Positions 14,607 through 27,004 of a stretch of 64,000 nucleotides of DNA are shown here, piece by piece (within the stretch, counting starts at the first letter, position 1; each line of letters begins with the position of its first letter). The notes under the pieces were generated by a model, which worked only from the letters and a program-made list of their open reading frames with translations, did no database searches and had not been told where the DNA came from. The DNA is taken from assembly GCF_056746865.1 (NCBI RefSeq), contig NZ_CM163382.1; one strand, 5' to 3'. The position numbers and the translations under genes were made by a program.

Positions 14607-14656
14607 AGTTAATCGACCATACTGGAGATCGTCAGAAAATATTTCCAGGAGATGGC

Positions 14657-15289
14657 ATGATTCGCTTATCTGAACAAAGTCCCCTGGGCACCGGAAGACA
14701 TCGGAAATGTTATGCGCATCCGGAAGATGCCCAACGCTGTATCAAGATTGTCTACCATCGTGGCGATGGTGGCGATAAAGAGATCCGCCGTGAGTTAAAG
14801 TACTACGCGCATCTTGGTCGCCGGTTAAAAGACTGGAGTGGAATACCGCGCTATCACGGTACCGTTGAGACGGATTGCGGAACCGGTTATGTCTACGATG
14901 TGATTGCAGATTTTGACGGCAAACCCTCCATTACGCTGACCGAATTTGCTGAACAATGCCGTTACGAAGAAGACATTGCACAACTGCGCCAGATACTGAA
15001 ACAGCTGAAGCGTTATTTGCAGGATAACCGTATCGTGACGATGTCGCTGAAGCCGCAGAATATCCTCTGTCACCGCATCAGTGAGTCAGAGGTTATCCCC
15101 GTCGTCTGCGACAACATTGGTGAAAGCACATTGATTCCACTGGCGACCTGGTCGAAGTGGTGTTGTCTGCGTAAGCAAGAGCGGTTATGGAAACGATTTA
15201 TCGCCCAACCGGCGCTGGCTATTGCCCTGCAGAAAGATCTGCAACCTCGTGAGAGCAAAACGCTGGCCCTCACTTCGCGCGAAGCTTAA
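14657..15289 (+). CDS. yrbL: PhoP-regulon protein YrbL
   Basis: 210-aa ORF in the expected position; PhoP-box-like repeat upstream. Confidence 0.8.
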   Translation: MIRLSEQSPLGTGRHRKCYAHPEDAQRCIKIVYHRGDGGDKEIRRELKYYAHLGRRLKDWSGIPRYHGTVETDCGTGYVYDVIADFDGKPSITLTEFAEQCRYEEDIAQLRQILKQLKRYLQDNRIVTMSLKPQNILCHRISESEVIPVVCDNIGESTLIPLATWSKWCCLRKQERLWKRFIAQPALAIALQKDLQPRESKTLALTSREA

Positions 15290-16014
15290 TCAAGCTGGTG
15301 CTGTTGCATAAACGACTCACCGCCTAACTGATACATCTGCCGTAAAATCCACGCCTGACGGCCACGCACGTAGCCCGATGGCGCGGAGACTTTGAAACGA
15401 AGTGGATTAGGTAATACAGCTGCCAGTAATGCAGCTTCCGAGCGGGTAAGTTTGCTCGCGGGTTTGTGGAAATAACGTTGTGCCGCAGCTTCGACGCCAA
15501 ACACACCGTCGCCAAATTCGGCGATATTCAGGTAAACCGTCAGGATACGCTTTTTGCTCCAGACAGTTTCTATCCCCAGCGTTAATCCAGCTTCCAGCCC
15601 TTTTCGAACCCAGCTACGCCCATCCCATAAAAAGAGATTTTTGGCTGTCTGCTGAGAAATCGTTGACGCACCGCGAATACGGTTTTCATTGCGCTCGTTG
15701 TGGGCCAGGGCTTGCTCAATGGAGGCGACATCAAAGCCCCAGTGCTCAGGAAACTTCTGATCTTCTGCGGCAATCACCGCCAGTCCCATCCACGGCGAAA
15801 TTTGATCCATACTGACCCAGTCAGAATGTGCCACGTAACGAAAATTGCCATGCAGCCAGGCGCTGACTTGTCGCTCGGCCATTACCGCTGAGAAAGGAAC
15901 AGGCGCAACGCTAAACAACGCGATGCCCCCGCCCCAGAAAACGGCGAGGACAACCATTAACCGCAGAAGAAAACGGCGAACGAAACTAAACACCGTTAAG
16001 CGGCTTTTACTCAT
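15286..16014 (-). CDS. mtgA: monofunctional peptidoglycan glycosyltransferase
   Basis: 242-aa ORF with N-terminal TM helix and GT51 transglycosylase motifs. Confidence 0.9.
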   Translation of the reverse strand: MSKSRLTVFSFVRRFLLRLMVVLAVFWGGGIALFSVAPVPFSAVMAERQVSAWLHGNFRYVAHSDWVSMDQISPWMGLAVIAAEDQKFPEHWGFDVASIEQALAHNERNENRIRGASTISQQTAKNLFLWDGRSWVRKGLEAGLTLGIETVWSKKRILTVYLNIAEFGDGVFGVEAAAQRYFHKPASKLTRSEAALLAAVLPNPLRFKVSAPSGYVRGRQAWILRQMYQLGGESFMQQHQLD

Positions 16015-16664
16015 TCAGCCAGAACCAGCACGCGGGAAACCAGCTTATCAATGCCGCTCGCCGCTTCTGCAATGTTCTGCGCCAGCATATATGCCGGGGT
16101 GGTGACAATCTTATTGTCTTCATCAACCACGATATCATCGACAGGACACGGCACATGCTCCGCGCCCATCTCTTCCAGCACTTCTGCGGTATCGATATCA
16201 GTACCGATGGTCAAACGCAGCGGGAAATCGAAAATTTTCGGCAGCATCGCCGGGGCAATACACATAAAACCAAGCGGTTTTCCGGCCTGATGCATCGCTT
16301 GTGCCAGCGCCTTTAATTCACGGTCAACGGTGCATTCGCTACCAAGACTGGCAAAATTGCTTAAATTCTTCGCCGCGCCAAAACCCCCCGGCACAATCAA
16401 CGCATCCAGTTCAGCGGCATCGGCCTGGGCCAGAGGACGGATTTCACCGCGCGTTATTCGTGCCGCTTCAATCAGCACATTGCGCGTTTCCGTCATCGCT
16501 TCGCCCGTTAAATGGTTGATAACATCAACCTGCTGCTTATCCGGTGCAAAGCAGACCGCCTGCGCACCGCTGCGTGAAATAGCTAACAACGTCAACACCG
16601 CTTCATGAATTTCAGAACCGTCATAGACGCCGCATCCGCTCAGAATTACGCCAATTTTCTTCAT
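16011..16664 (-). CDS. elbB: DJ-1/PfpI-family glyoxalase ElbB
   Basis: Start at internal Met [21 protein letters not shown]… (217 aa). Confidence 0.85.
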   Translation of the reverse strand: MKKIGVILSGCGVYDGSEIHEAVLTLLAISRSGAQAVCFAPDKQQVDVINHLTGEAMTETRNVLIEAARITRGEIRPLAQADAAELDALIVPGGFGAAKNLSNFASLGSECTVDRELKALAQAMHQAGKPLGFMCIAPAMLPKIFDFPLRLTIGTDIDTAEVLEEMGAEHVPCPVDDIVVDEDNKIVTTPAYMLAQNIAEAASGIDKLVSRVLVLAE

Positions 16665-16781
16665 TGTGATCATCCTTTCGCAATTGACTGAAACACATTA
16701 ATTTTTTTAATAAAAATGCTACGCATCACACATTTAACTGATTCATGTAACAAATCATTTAAGTTTTGCTATCTTAACTGC

Positions 16782-16902
16782 GTGCAGCCTGAAAAACAGT
16801 GCTGTGCCCTTGTAACTCATCATAATAATTTACGGCGCAGCCAAGATTTCCCTGGTGTTGGCGCAGTATTCGCGCACCCCGGTCTAGCCGGGGTCATTTT
16901 TT
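16782..16902 (+). ncRNA. arcZ: ArcZ small RNA (Hfq-dependent), 3' end convergent with and overlapping arcB stop
   Basis: Sequence GTGCAGCCTGAAAAACAGTGCTGTGCC…GGCGCAGTATTCGCGCACCCCGGTCTAGCCGGGGTCATTTTTT matches the ArcZ sequence as I recall it, including seed region and intrinsic terminator. Confidence 0.8.
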
Positions 16903-19230
16903 AGTGGCTTTTGCCACCCACGCTTTCAGTACTTCTACGTCGTGACGCCACTCTTCTTTCATCTCTTCAATCCATTCACCGACGTTATCTTCCCAGGCGG
17001 GAAGGTCAGGAGACTGAATTTGCTGACCCAGCTGTTGCAGATGGCGTAACCCCACTGACCCCGCCGCACCTTTAATTTTATGTCCTTCCTCAACAATGCC
17101 TTTTTTATCCTGCGCCGTCAGATTCGACTCCAGCACGCTGACATAGCCCGGCATCATCTTCTCAAACACCGCTAACCCGTCGGTGATCAGCTTCGGTCCT
17201 ACAAGTTCGAGATACTGTTCCAGCATGGGAATATCGAGCAATGCTTCTGATTTACTGTTCTCTTCTGTCGTCACCGTACTTTCCTCATCATCCTGGGTAT
17301 CCCAGAATTTCTTGATCATCGCGGTTAGCGCCGGAACAGAAAGCGGCTTACTCAGCACATCATCCATTCCAGCATTGAGGTACTCTTGCTTGTCTTTCAG
17401 CACGTTAGCGGTTAAGGCCACCAGCGGCGGTAAATCCTCGCGCGGATAACGCTTCGTCAGTTCACGAGAGATATCCAGCCCGGTCATATCTGGCAACTGA
17501 ATATCCAGCAACACCAGGTCGTATTCGCCCGGTTTAAACATTTCCAGCGCCGCCTTGCCGGTCATGGCGACATCAACGCTGTTACCTAATTTTTCCAGCA
17601 CAGAGCGTGCGACAATCACGTTCAGTTCAATATCTTCCACCAGCAGCACATTCAGCGCCGGTAAAGGCATATCGTCTTCATCAAACGCATCATCGACCTC
17701 TTCAGCCACCGACGGTGCGTGGATCGTCAACGTAAAGGTTGAACCTTTGCCCTGTTCGCTGGTAACCGTAATATCGCCGCCCATATTTTTCGCCAGACGA
17801 CGAGAAACGGCCAGACCAATACCGGTGCCGGTGGCAGGTTTACCGCCATGACTGTCTTTCACCTGGTAATACATGGCAAAGATTTTATCCAGCTCATCCT
17901 GCGGAATGCCGATACCAGAGTCTTCCACTTCAAAATGCAGCATATCGCCTTCATCGTAGCGCACGCGCACGGTAACCTGGCCTTGCTGGGTGAATTTGAC
18001 GGCGTTACTGATGAGATTCCACAGGATCTGCCGTAAACGCGTCCCGTCGGTAATGACCTGATGCGGTAATGGCAGCGTAGGCTCCAGATTAAAGCGCAAT
18101 CCTTTTTGTTGCGCCTGCAATGCGGAGAGATTTTCCAGATCGGCAAGGAAGCTGGTGAAATCAACCGGCTGATTATCAAGCTGGACCTTACGCCGTTCCA
18201 TCTTATCCATGTCGATAATATCGTTGAAGATATTCCCGAGCGTGACGGCCGAAACATGGATGGTTTTGAGATATTTTTCCTGCTCGGCGGTGAGTTCGGT
18301 ATCCAGCAGAATGCGGCTCAGGCCGACGATACCATTCAGCGGTGTACGCAATTCGTGACTGATGGTGGAAATAAACGTCGTTTTGTCGCGGCTGGCGCGT
18401 TCAAGCGCATCCTGATACCGCTTACGCTCGGTAATGTCGCGACCAAAACCCATCAAACCGTGACGTTTACCCACGCGGTCGTAGTACGGCACTTTACGGA
18501 TTTCAAAACAGGCTTTGCGCCCGTCCGGGTAATCCAGCCACTGTTCATAGGTCAGTGACACATTATGACGGAACACTTTTTCATCGGTTTCAATGACTTT
18601 CGCAGCGGCTTCCGGTGAGTAAACATCAGCAGGTTTCAGGTGAACCAGTTGTTTTTCGCTTTTTCCGGTCAGCAGCTCCATCGCGCGGTTACAGCCGGAA
18701 AACTCTTTATCTTCGTTACGATAAAAAACCAGGTCGGGTGAAGCGTCAAGGAAGGAACGTAAGAATGAGGATTGCTGCTCGAGCTGAATTTGTGTCTCTT
18801 CGCGCTCTTTGATTTCAATTTTCAGTTGGCCGAAGGTTTCCTGCAGTTCTGCTTCCGCTTTTTCACGAACGGCGATTTCCTGATTTAGCTGGGCAATATT
18901 ATCTTTTAACTGAACGTTGAGGCTCAAATCGCGCTCGCGCATCTCCTCCAGTTTTTGCACCAGTCGTGACAGACGTTGTCGTGACTCCTCCAGTTGCTCG
19001 ACGACCACCGATAGAAAGTAGACCGCCCACGGCGTAATCAGCAAACCAAAGAAGATAGAACGAATAACATCAATGCTTTCGACCTGACCATGCAGCACCA
19101 TGGTTACCGCCATTTGTACCACAATGGCAAGAACGACGAGGGCCAGCGCCAGCAACATTGAGAAGCGCACCAGACCTAACTTCATCATCAGGTCAACATA
19201 ATACTGCGCCAGCAGACGAATTTGCTTCAT
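16894..19230 (-). CDS. arcB: aerobic respiration control sensor histidine kinase
   Basis: 778-aa ORF: TM, PAS, HisKA/HATPase, receiver and HPt domains. Confidence 0.95.
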   Translation of the reverse strand: MKQIRLLAQYYVDLMMKLGLVRFSMLLALALVVLAIVVQMAVTMVLHGQVESIDVIRSIFFGLLITPWAVYFLSVVVEQLEESRQRLSRLVQKLEEMRERDLSLNVQLKDNIAQLNQEIAVREKAEAELQETFGQLKIEIKEREETQIQLEQQSSFLRSFLDASPDLVFYRNEDKEFSGCNRAMELLTGKSEKQLVHLKPADVYSPEAAAKVIETDEKVFRHNVSLTYEQWLDYPDGRKACFEIRKVPYYDRVGKRHGLMGFGRDITERKRYQDALERASRDKTTFISTISHELRTPLNGIVGLSRILLDTELTAEQEKYLKTIHVSAVTLGNIFNDIIDMDKMERRKVQLDNQPVDFTSFLADLENLSALQAQQKGLRFNLEPTLPLPHQVITDGTRLRQILWNLISNAVKFTQQGQVTVRVRYDEGDMLHFEVEDSGIGIPQDELDKIFAMYYQVKDSHGGKPATGTGIGLAVSRRLAKNMGGDITVTSEQGKGSTFTLTIHAPSVAEEVDDAFDEDDMPLPALNVLLVEDIELNVIVARSVLEKLGNSVDVAMTGKAALEMFKPGEYDLVLLDIQLPDMTGLDISRELTKRYPREDLPPLVALTANVLKDKQEYLNAGMDDVLSKPLSVPALTAMIKKFWDTQDDEESTVTTEENSKSEALLDIPMLEQYLELVGPKLITDGLAVFEKMMPGYVSVLESNLTAQDKKGIVEEGHKIKGAAGSVGLRHLQQLGQQIQSPDLPAWEDNVGEWIEEMKEEWRHDVEVLKAWVAKATKK

Positions 19231-19325
19231 TAGGGAATTCCTTCACGACAACCTGCCCCAATAATACCCAATTCTGACAGTTACGTTATAAATTGTGTGA
19301 GAAATGCGGAATTCCCCTCAATGGC

Positions 19326-20255
19326 CTACTCCGTTGGAGGTAGCCACGGACGTCCCAGCGCCGATCCCTGTACGCCATGTTCATTCAGATAGCGATCCAG
19401 CTCGACCATTCCCGTCCATCGATTTTCGCACCACAGAGGAGCAAGCAGCGTCGGGCGACGGGCGCTGGCGGAAATGCGGTGGTAGATCACTTCCGGTGGC
19501 GTATGGCGAATCATTTCTCCGGCAGTGAGCGTGTAATCTTCCAGTTCAATACCGTTCAAACGCCCCGCTTCCCAGGCTTTCGCCATAATGCTGCCTTTCA
19601 CAATATGCAGCGGATGCAGCTTTATGCCGTCCACGCCAGTTTCAACCACTCGCTCCAGCGTTTGCAAACATTCAGCCTGCCCTTCGCCAGGCAGGCCGAC
19701 AATTAAGTGGGAACACACCTTCAGCCCGCGCTGACGTGCCAGCTGGGTTGTACGCTGATAACAGGCAAAATCATGGCCGCGGTTGATGCGATGTAGCGTT
19801 TTGTCGTGGGCGGTTTGTAGCCCCAGCTCCAGCCACACTTCGTAGCCCTGGTCTTTATATTCACAAAGCAGATCCAGCACTGCATCCGGCACGCAGTCCG
19901 GGCGGGTACCAACACACAAACCGACAATATTGGCCTGGCTCACCGCCTGCTGATACATAGAACGCAGCACCTGAACTTCCGCAAAGGTGCTGGTATACGC
20001 CTGAAAGTAGGCCAGATAGCGTTTAGCGCGGTTAACTAAATTCGCCTGGTGCGCCAGTTGTTCGGCAATAGAACGATGTTGCTGCGCTTCATCGGCAAAC
20101 GAGGCAACATTACAGAATGTGCAGCCGCCACGCCCGATGGTACCGTCACGGTTAGGGCAGCTAAAACCGCCGTGCAGCGTCAGCTTATGCACCTTTTGCC
20201 CATAACGACGGGTGAGATCACCACCAAACATATTGACTAATTTCTGTAACTGCAT
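19326..20255 (-). CDS. yhcC: radical SAM protein YhcC
   Basis: Start at internal Met MQLQKLVNMFGG… (309 aa); CPNRDGTIGRGGCTFC cysteine motif. Confidence 0.8.
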   Translation of the reverse strand: MQLQKLVNMFGGDLTRRYGQKVHKLTLHGGFSCPNRDGTIGRGGCTFCNVASFADEAQQHRSIAEQLAHQANLVNRAKRYLAYFQAYTSTFAEVQVLRSMYQQAVSQANIVGLCVGTRPDCVPDAVLDLLCEYKDQGYEVWLELGLQTAHDKTLHRINRGHDFACYQRTTQLARQRGLKVCSHLIVGLPGEGQAECLQTLERVVETGVDGIKLHPLHIVKGSIMAKAWEAGRLNGIELEDYTLTAGEMIRHTPPEVIYHRISASARRPTLLAPLWCENRWTGMVELDRYLNEHGVQGSALGRPWLPPTE

Positions 20256-20929
20256 AATCTGATAGACCGCGCCTTGAAAAGAGGCCAAAGCCTGCCATTT
20301 TTAGCTCAATTCGGCGATGACCTGGATCAATCGTCCCGGCCTGCTTTTATCAACTGCATAATCAATCAAAATTACCGAAATTTCATGCATGATCACATAA
20401 ATCATTTTTGCTTATCTTGTGTCAGATTTTTTTATCTCCTTATAGATTTTAGGCAAAAACAGTAGCATAAAATGCCATTACCAATTAAGGCAGTATAAAA
20501 TGCTGGTTTTCTCGTCAGTTCAAGGCAGGATAAGGGTTAACACGCCTTTATGACAGTCAGGAATTGGCTGTTTCTCTACCGACGCCCCTTTTAGCCTTAA
20601 ATAGAAAATCCACTTTAATTTCAGCAAATTAATAAAGAATTTTGCGCTAAAGCACATTTCTGTACCAATAAGCTTGCCATTTGACCTGTATCATCTTTCC
20701 CGATAAGTTGGAAATCCGCTGGAAGCTTTCTGGATGAGCAGCCTGCTCATCATATTTATGCAGTAATTGAGATCCCCTCTTCACCGTATTAACCGATGCG
20801 AAAAGGACAACAAGGGGGCGAATGCGAGGCGCGCGTATGACACGCAAACCCCGTCGCCACGCTCTTTCTGTGCCCGTGCGCAGCGGTTCGGAAGTGGGGT
20901 TCCCGCAGAGCCTGGGGGAGGTTCACGAT

Positions 20930-23900
20930 ATGTTGTACGATAAATCCCTTGAGAGGGATAACTGTGGTTTCGGCCTGATCGCCCATATAGAAGGCGAACC
21001 TAGCCACAAGGTAGTGCGTACTGCAATACACGCACTGGCCCGCATGCAGCACCGTGGCGCGATTCTCGCCGATGGTAAAACCGGTGACGGTTGCGGCTTG
21101 CTGTTACAAAAACCGGATCGCTTTTTTCGCATCGTTGCGCAGGAGCGCGGTTGGCGTTTAGCGAAAAACTACGCCGTCGGGATGCTCTTCCTGAATAAAG
21201 ATCCTGAACTCGCCGCTGCCGCACGCCGCATCGTTGAAGAAGAGCTGCAACGCGAAACCTTATCGATTGTGGGCTGGCGTGATGTCCCCACCAACGAAGG
21301 CGTGCTGGGTGAAATCGCCCTCTCCTCTCTGCCACGCATTGAGCAAATTTTTGTGAACGCCCCGGCAGGCTGGCGTCCGCGCGATATGGAGCGCCGTCTG
21401 TTTATCGCCCGCCGCCGCATTGAAAAGCGTCTCGAAGCCGACAAAGACTTCTACGTCTGTAGCCTGTCGAATCTGGTGAACATCTATAAAGGTCTGTGTA
21501 TGCCGGCGGATCTGCCGCGCTTTTATCTGGATCTTGCGGACCTGCGTCTGGAATCGGCCATTTGCCTGTTCCACCAGCGCTTCTCCACTAACACCGTACC
21601 GCGCTGGCCGCTGGCGCAGCCGTTCCGCTACCTGGCGCATAACGGTGAAATCAACACCATCACCGGTAACCGCCAATGGGCGCGTGCGCGTACCTATAAA
21701 TTCCAGACGCCGCTGATCCCTGACCTGCACGACGCCGCGCCGTTCGTCAACGAAACCGGTTCTGACTCCAGTTCCATGGATAACATGCTGGAACTGCTGC
21801 TGGCAGGCGGGATGGATATCATCCGCGCCATGCGTCTGTTAGTACCACCCGCCTGGCAGAACAACCCGGATATGGACCCGGAACTGCGTGCCTTCTTTGA
21901 CTTTAACTCCATGCATATGGAGCCGTGGGATGGCCCGGCGGGCATCGTGATGTCTGACGGTCGTTTTGCCGCCTGTAACCTCGACCGTAACGGTCTGCGT
22001 CCGGCGCGCTACGTCATCACCAAAGATAAGCTCATCACCTGCGCCTCTGAAGTCGGTATCTGGGATTACCAGCCTGACGAAGTGGTCGAAAAAGGCCGCG
22101 TCGGGCCAGGCGAACTGATGGTTATCGACACCCGCAGTGGGCGTATTCTGCACTCGGCAGAAACCGATGACGATCTGAAAAGCCGCCACCCTTATAAAGA
22201 GTGGATGGAGAAAAACGTCCGCCGTCTGGTACCGTTTGAAGATCTGCCCGATGAAGAAGTGGGTAGCCGCGAACTGGACGACGACACGCTTGCCAGCTAT
22301 CAGAAACAGTTTAACTACAGCGCGGAAGAGCTGGACTCCGTAATTCGCGTACTGGGCGAAAACGGTCAGGAAGCGGTCGGTTCGATGGGTGACGACACCC
22401 CATTCGCCGTGCTCTCCAGTCAGCCGCGCATTATTTACGACTACTTCCGCCAGCAGTTTGCCCAGGTGACTAACCCGCCAATCGACCCGCTGCGTGAAGC
22501 GCATGTTATGTCGCTCGCCACCAGTATCGGTCGTGAAATGAACGTCTTTTGCGAAGCAGAGGGCCAGGCGCACCGTTTAAGCTTTAAATCGCCGATTCTG
22601 CTCTACTCCGATTTCAAACAGCTCACGACGATGAAAGAGGAGCACTACCGCGCAGATACACTGGATATCACCTTTGACGTCACTAAAACCACGCTCGAAG
22701 CGACGGTCAAAGAGCTGTGCGACAAAGCCGAAAAAATGGTACGTAGCGGCACTGTGCTGCTGGTGCTCTCCGACCGGAATATCGCTAAAGATCGCCTGCC
22801 GGTTCCGGCTCCGATGGCGGTTGGCGCGATCCAGACCCGTCTGGTCGATCAAAGCTTGCGTTGCGATGCCAACATCATCGTCGAAACCGCCAGCGCCCGC
22901 GATCCGCACCATTTCGCCGTGTTGCTGGGCTTCGGTGCGACGGCTATTTATCCGTACCTTGCCTATGAAACGCTGGGCCGCCTGGTAGACACCCACGCGA
23001 TTGCCAAAGATTATCGTACCGTGATGCTCAACTACCGTAACGGCATCAACAAAGGCTTGTACAAAATCATGTCCAAAATGGGCATCTCCACCATCGCCTC
23101 TTACCGCTGCTCGAAACTGTTTGAAGCGGTCGGTCTGCACGATGATGTCGTAGGCCTGTGCTTCCAGGGCGCTGTTAGCCGCATTGGTGGGGCAAGCTTT
23201 GAAGACTTCCAGCAGGATCTGCTGAACCTGTCGAAACGTGCCTGGCTGGCGCGTAAGCCCATCAGCCAGGGCGGCCTGCTGAAATACGTGCACGGTGGCG
23301 AATACCACGCCTACAACCCGGACGTGGTGCGCACACTGCAACAGGCGGTACAAAGCGGCGAGTACAGCGACTATCAGGAATACGCGAAGCTGGTTAATGA
23401 GCGTCCGGCAACCACGCTGCGCGATCTGCTGGCAATTACGCCGGGTGAAAACGCGGTCAACATTGCTGATGTTGAACCGGCAAGCGAACTGTTTAAACGC
23501 TTCGATACCGCTGCGATGTCTATCGGCGCGTTAAGCCCGGAAGCCCACGAGGCGCTGGCTGAAGCGATGAACAGCATCGGCGGCAACTCTAACTCCGGTG
23601 AAGGCGGCGAAGATCCGGCACGCTACGGCACCAACAAAGTGTCGCGCATCAAGCAGGTGGCTTCCGGTCGCTTTGGGGTTACTCCGGCGTATCTGGTCAA
23701 TGCCGACGTCATTCAGATTAAAGTCGCCCAGGGCGCGAAGCCGGGCGAAGGCGGTCAGTTACCGGGCGATAAAGTCACGCCTTACATCGCCAAACTGCGC
23801 TATTCGGTGCCCGGAGTGACGCTGATCTCCCCGCCGCCGCACCATGATATCTACTCTATCGAGGACTTAGCGCAGCTTATTTTCGACCTCAAGCAGGTTA

Positions 23901-25390
23901 ACCCGAAAGCGATGATCTCCGTGAAGCTGGTTTCCGAACCGGGAGTAGGCACCATCGCGACTGGCGTGGCGAAAGCTTATGCCGATTTAATCACCATCGC
24001 AGGCTATGATGGCGGCACCGGCGCAAGTCCGCTTTCATCGGTGAAATACGCAGGCTGTCCGTGGGAACTCGGCCTGGTGGAAACCCAACAGGCGCTGGTT
24101 GCCAACGGTTTACGTCATAAAATTCGTTTGCAGGTTGATGGCGGCCTGAAAACGGGCGTTGATATCATCAAAGCGGCGATTCTCGGCGCAGAAAGCTTCG
24201 GCTTCGGCACTGGCCCAATGGTCGCGCTCGGTTGTAAATATCTGCGAATTTGCCACCTGAACAACTGCGCCACGGGTGTAGCAACTCAGGATGACAAACT
24301 GCGTAAGAATCACTATCACGGCCTGCCGTTCAAAGTGACGAATTACTTTGAGTTTATCGCCCGTGAAACCCGCGAGCTGATGGCACAGCTGGGGGTAACG
24401 CGGCTGGTGGATCTGATTGGTCGCACCGACCTGCTGAAAGAGCTGGACGGTTTCACCGCCAAACAGCAGAAACTGGCGCTGTCGAAACTGCTGGAGACCG
24501 CCGAGCCGCATCCCGGTAAGGCGCTCTACTGCACCGAAAACAACCCGCCGTTTGATAACGGCCTGCTGAACGCGCAGTTGCTGCAACAGGCGAAACCGTT
24601 TGTCGATGAGCGCCAGAGCAAAACCTTCTGGTTCGATATTCGCAACACCGACCGTTCTGTCGGCGCGTCGCTTTCAGGCTATATCGCCCAGACGCACGGC
24701 GATCAGGGTCTGGCAGCCGATCCGATCAAAGCGTACTTCAACGGCACCGCAGGCCAGAGCTTCGGTGTGTGGAACGCGGGCGGCGTGGAACTGTACCTGA
24801 CCGGTGATGCCAACGACTATGTCGGTAAAGGCATGGCGGGCGGCTTAATCGCCATTCGTCCTCCGGTTGGTTCAGCCTTCCGCAGCCACGAAGCAAGCAT
24901 TATCGGCAACACCTGCCTGTATGGCGCGACCGGTGGTCGTCTGTATGCCGCAGGCCGCGCGGGTGAACGTTTCGGCGTGCGTAACTCCGGTGCTATCACC
25001 GTGGTAGAAGGCATTGGCGACAACGGCTGTGAATATATGACGGGCGGTATTGTCTGTATTCTGGGTAAAACCGGCGTTAACTTCGGCGCTGGCATGACTG
25101 GCGGCTTCGCTTACGTTCTCGATGAAAGCGGCGATTTCCGCAAACGCGTTAACCCGGAACTGGTCGAGGTCTTAAGCGTTGACGATTTGGCGATCCATGA
25201 AGAGCATCTGCGTGGACTTATCACCGAGCATGTTCAGTATACTGGCTCTCAGCGCGGTGAAGAGATTCTGGCGAACTGGTCAACCTTCGCCACTAAATTT
25301 GCGCTGGTTAAACCGAAGTCCAGTGATGTAAAAGCACTGCTGGGTCACCGTAGTCGTAGCGCAGCAGAGTTGCGCGTGCAGGCGCAGTAA
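20930..25390 (+). CDS. gltB: glutamate synthase large subunit
   Basis: Glutamine amidotransferase, FMN and GXGXG domains; start set at [15 protein letters not shown] (1486 aa), with in-frame upstream ATGs at 20822 and 20837. Confidence 0.9.
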   Translation: MLYDKSLERDNCGFGLIAHIEGEPSHKVVRTAIHALARMQHRGAILADGKTGDGCGLLLQKPDRFFRIVAQERGWRLAKNYAVGMLFLNKDPELAAAARRIVEEELQRETLSIVGWRDVPTNEGVLGEIALSSLPRIEQIFVNAPAGWRPRDMERRLFIARRRIEKRLEADKDFYVCSLSNLVNIYKGLCMPADLPRFYLDLADLRLESAICLFHQRFSTNTVPRWPLAQPFRYLAHNGEINTITGNRQWARARTYKFQTPLIPDLHDAAPFVNETGSDSSSMDNMLELLLAGGMDIIRAMRLLVPPAWQNNPDMDPELRAFFDFNSMHMEPWDGPAGIVMSDGRFAACNLDRNGLRPARYVITKDKLITCASEVGIWDYQPDEVVEKGRVGPGELMVIDTRSGRILHSAETDDDLKSRHPYKEWMEKNVRRLVPFEDLPDEEVGSRELDDDTLASYQKQFNYSAEELDSVIRVLGENGQEAVGSMGDDTPFAVLSSQPRIIYDYFRQQFAQVTNPPIDPLREAHVMSLATSIGREMNVFCEAEGQAHRLSFKSPILLYSDFKQLTTMKEEHYRADTLDITFDVTKTTLEATVKELCDKAEKMVRSGTVLLVLSDRNIAKDRLPVPAPMAVGAIQTRLVDQSLRCDANIIVETASARDPHHFAVLLGFGATAIYPYLAYETLGRLVDTHAIAKDYRTVMLNYRNGINKGLYKIMSKMGISTIASYRCSKLFEAVGLHDDVVGLCFQGAVSRIGGASFEDFQQDLLNLSKRAWLARKPISQGGLLKYVHGGEYHAYNPDVVRTLQQAVQSGEYSDYQEYAKLVNERPATTLRDLLAITPGENAVNIADVEPASELFKRFDTAAMSIGALSPEAHEALAEAMNSIGGNSNSGEGGEDPARYGTNKVSRIKQVASGRFGVTPAYLVNADVIQIKVAQGAKPGEGGQLPGDKVTPYIAKLRYSVPGVTLISPPPHHDIYSIEDLAQLIFDLKQVNPKAMISVKLVSEPGVGTIATGVAKAYADLITIAGYDGGTGASPLSSVKYAGCPWELGLVETQQALVANGLRHKIRLQVDGGLKTGVDIIKAAILGAESFGFGTGPMVALGCKYLRICHLNNCATGVATQDDKLRKNHYHGLPFKVTNYFEFIARETRELMAQLGVTRLVDLIGRTDLLKELDGFTAKQQKLALSKLLETAEPHPGKALYCTENNPPFDNGLLNAQLLQQAKPFVDERQSKTFWFDIRNTDRSVGASLSGYIAQTHGDQGLAADPIKAYFNGTAGQSFGVWNAGGVELYLTGDANDYVGKGMAGGLIAIRPPVGSAFRSHEASIIGNTCLYGATGGRLYAAGRAGERFGVRNSGAITVVEGIGDNGCEYMTGGIVCILGKTGVNFGAGMTGGFAYVLDESGDFRKRVNPELVEVLSVDDLAIHEEHLRGLITEHVQYTGSQRGEEILANWSTFATKFALVKPKSSDVKALLGHRSRSAAELRVQAQ

Positions 25391-26821
<1,431 letters not shown>

Positions 26822-27004
26822 GCTCTGTCCCAGCGCCGCCTCCTCAGAAAAGAGTCGGCGCTGAAATTCTCCTTTCTTTCTGGAAAGCGCCTCGCATAAT
26901 CTGAAGAAAACCAATGTAATACGCTCATCTGGATTGTTACCGGCAGATGCCCGGCGTATAGCTGATTCCATTATTCAACACAGCGCCATAAAAAGGGACA
27001 GATA

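Noticed and set aside
20274-20465. 63-aa ORF in the yhcC–gltB intergenic leader
   Set aside because: Lies in the AT-rich gltB regulatory region; no convincing RBS; more likely promoter/leader DNA than a gene.
21839-23353. Long minus-strand ORFs (244 aa and 258 aa) inside gltB
   Set aside because: Entirely antisense to a confidently identified, conserved CDS; the stop-codon-free reverse frames are typical of GC-rich coding sequence and show no recognisable protein features.
26831-26863. Hairpin CAGCGCCG…CGGCGCTG after gltD as an intrinsic terminator
   Set aside because: 17-nt loop and no clear U-tract; retained only as a possibility.
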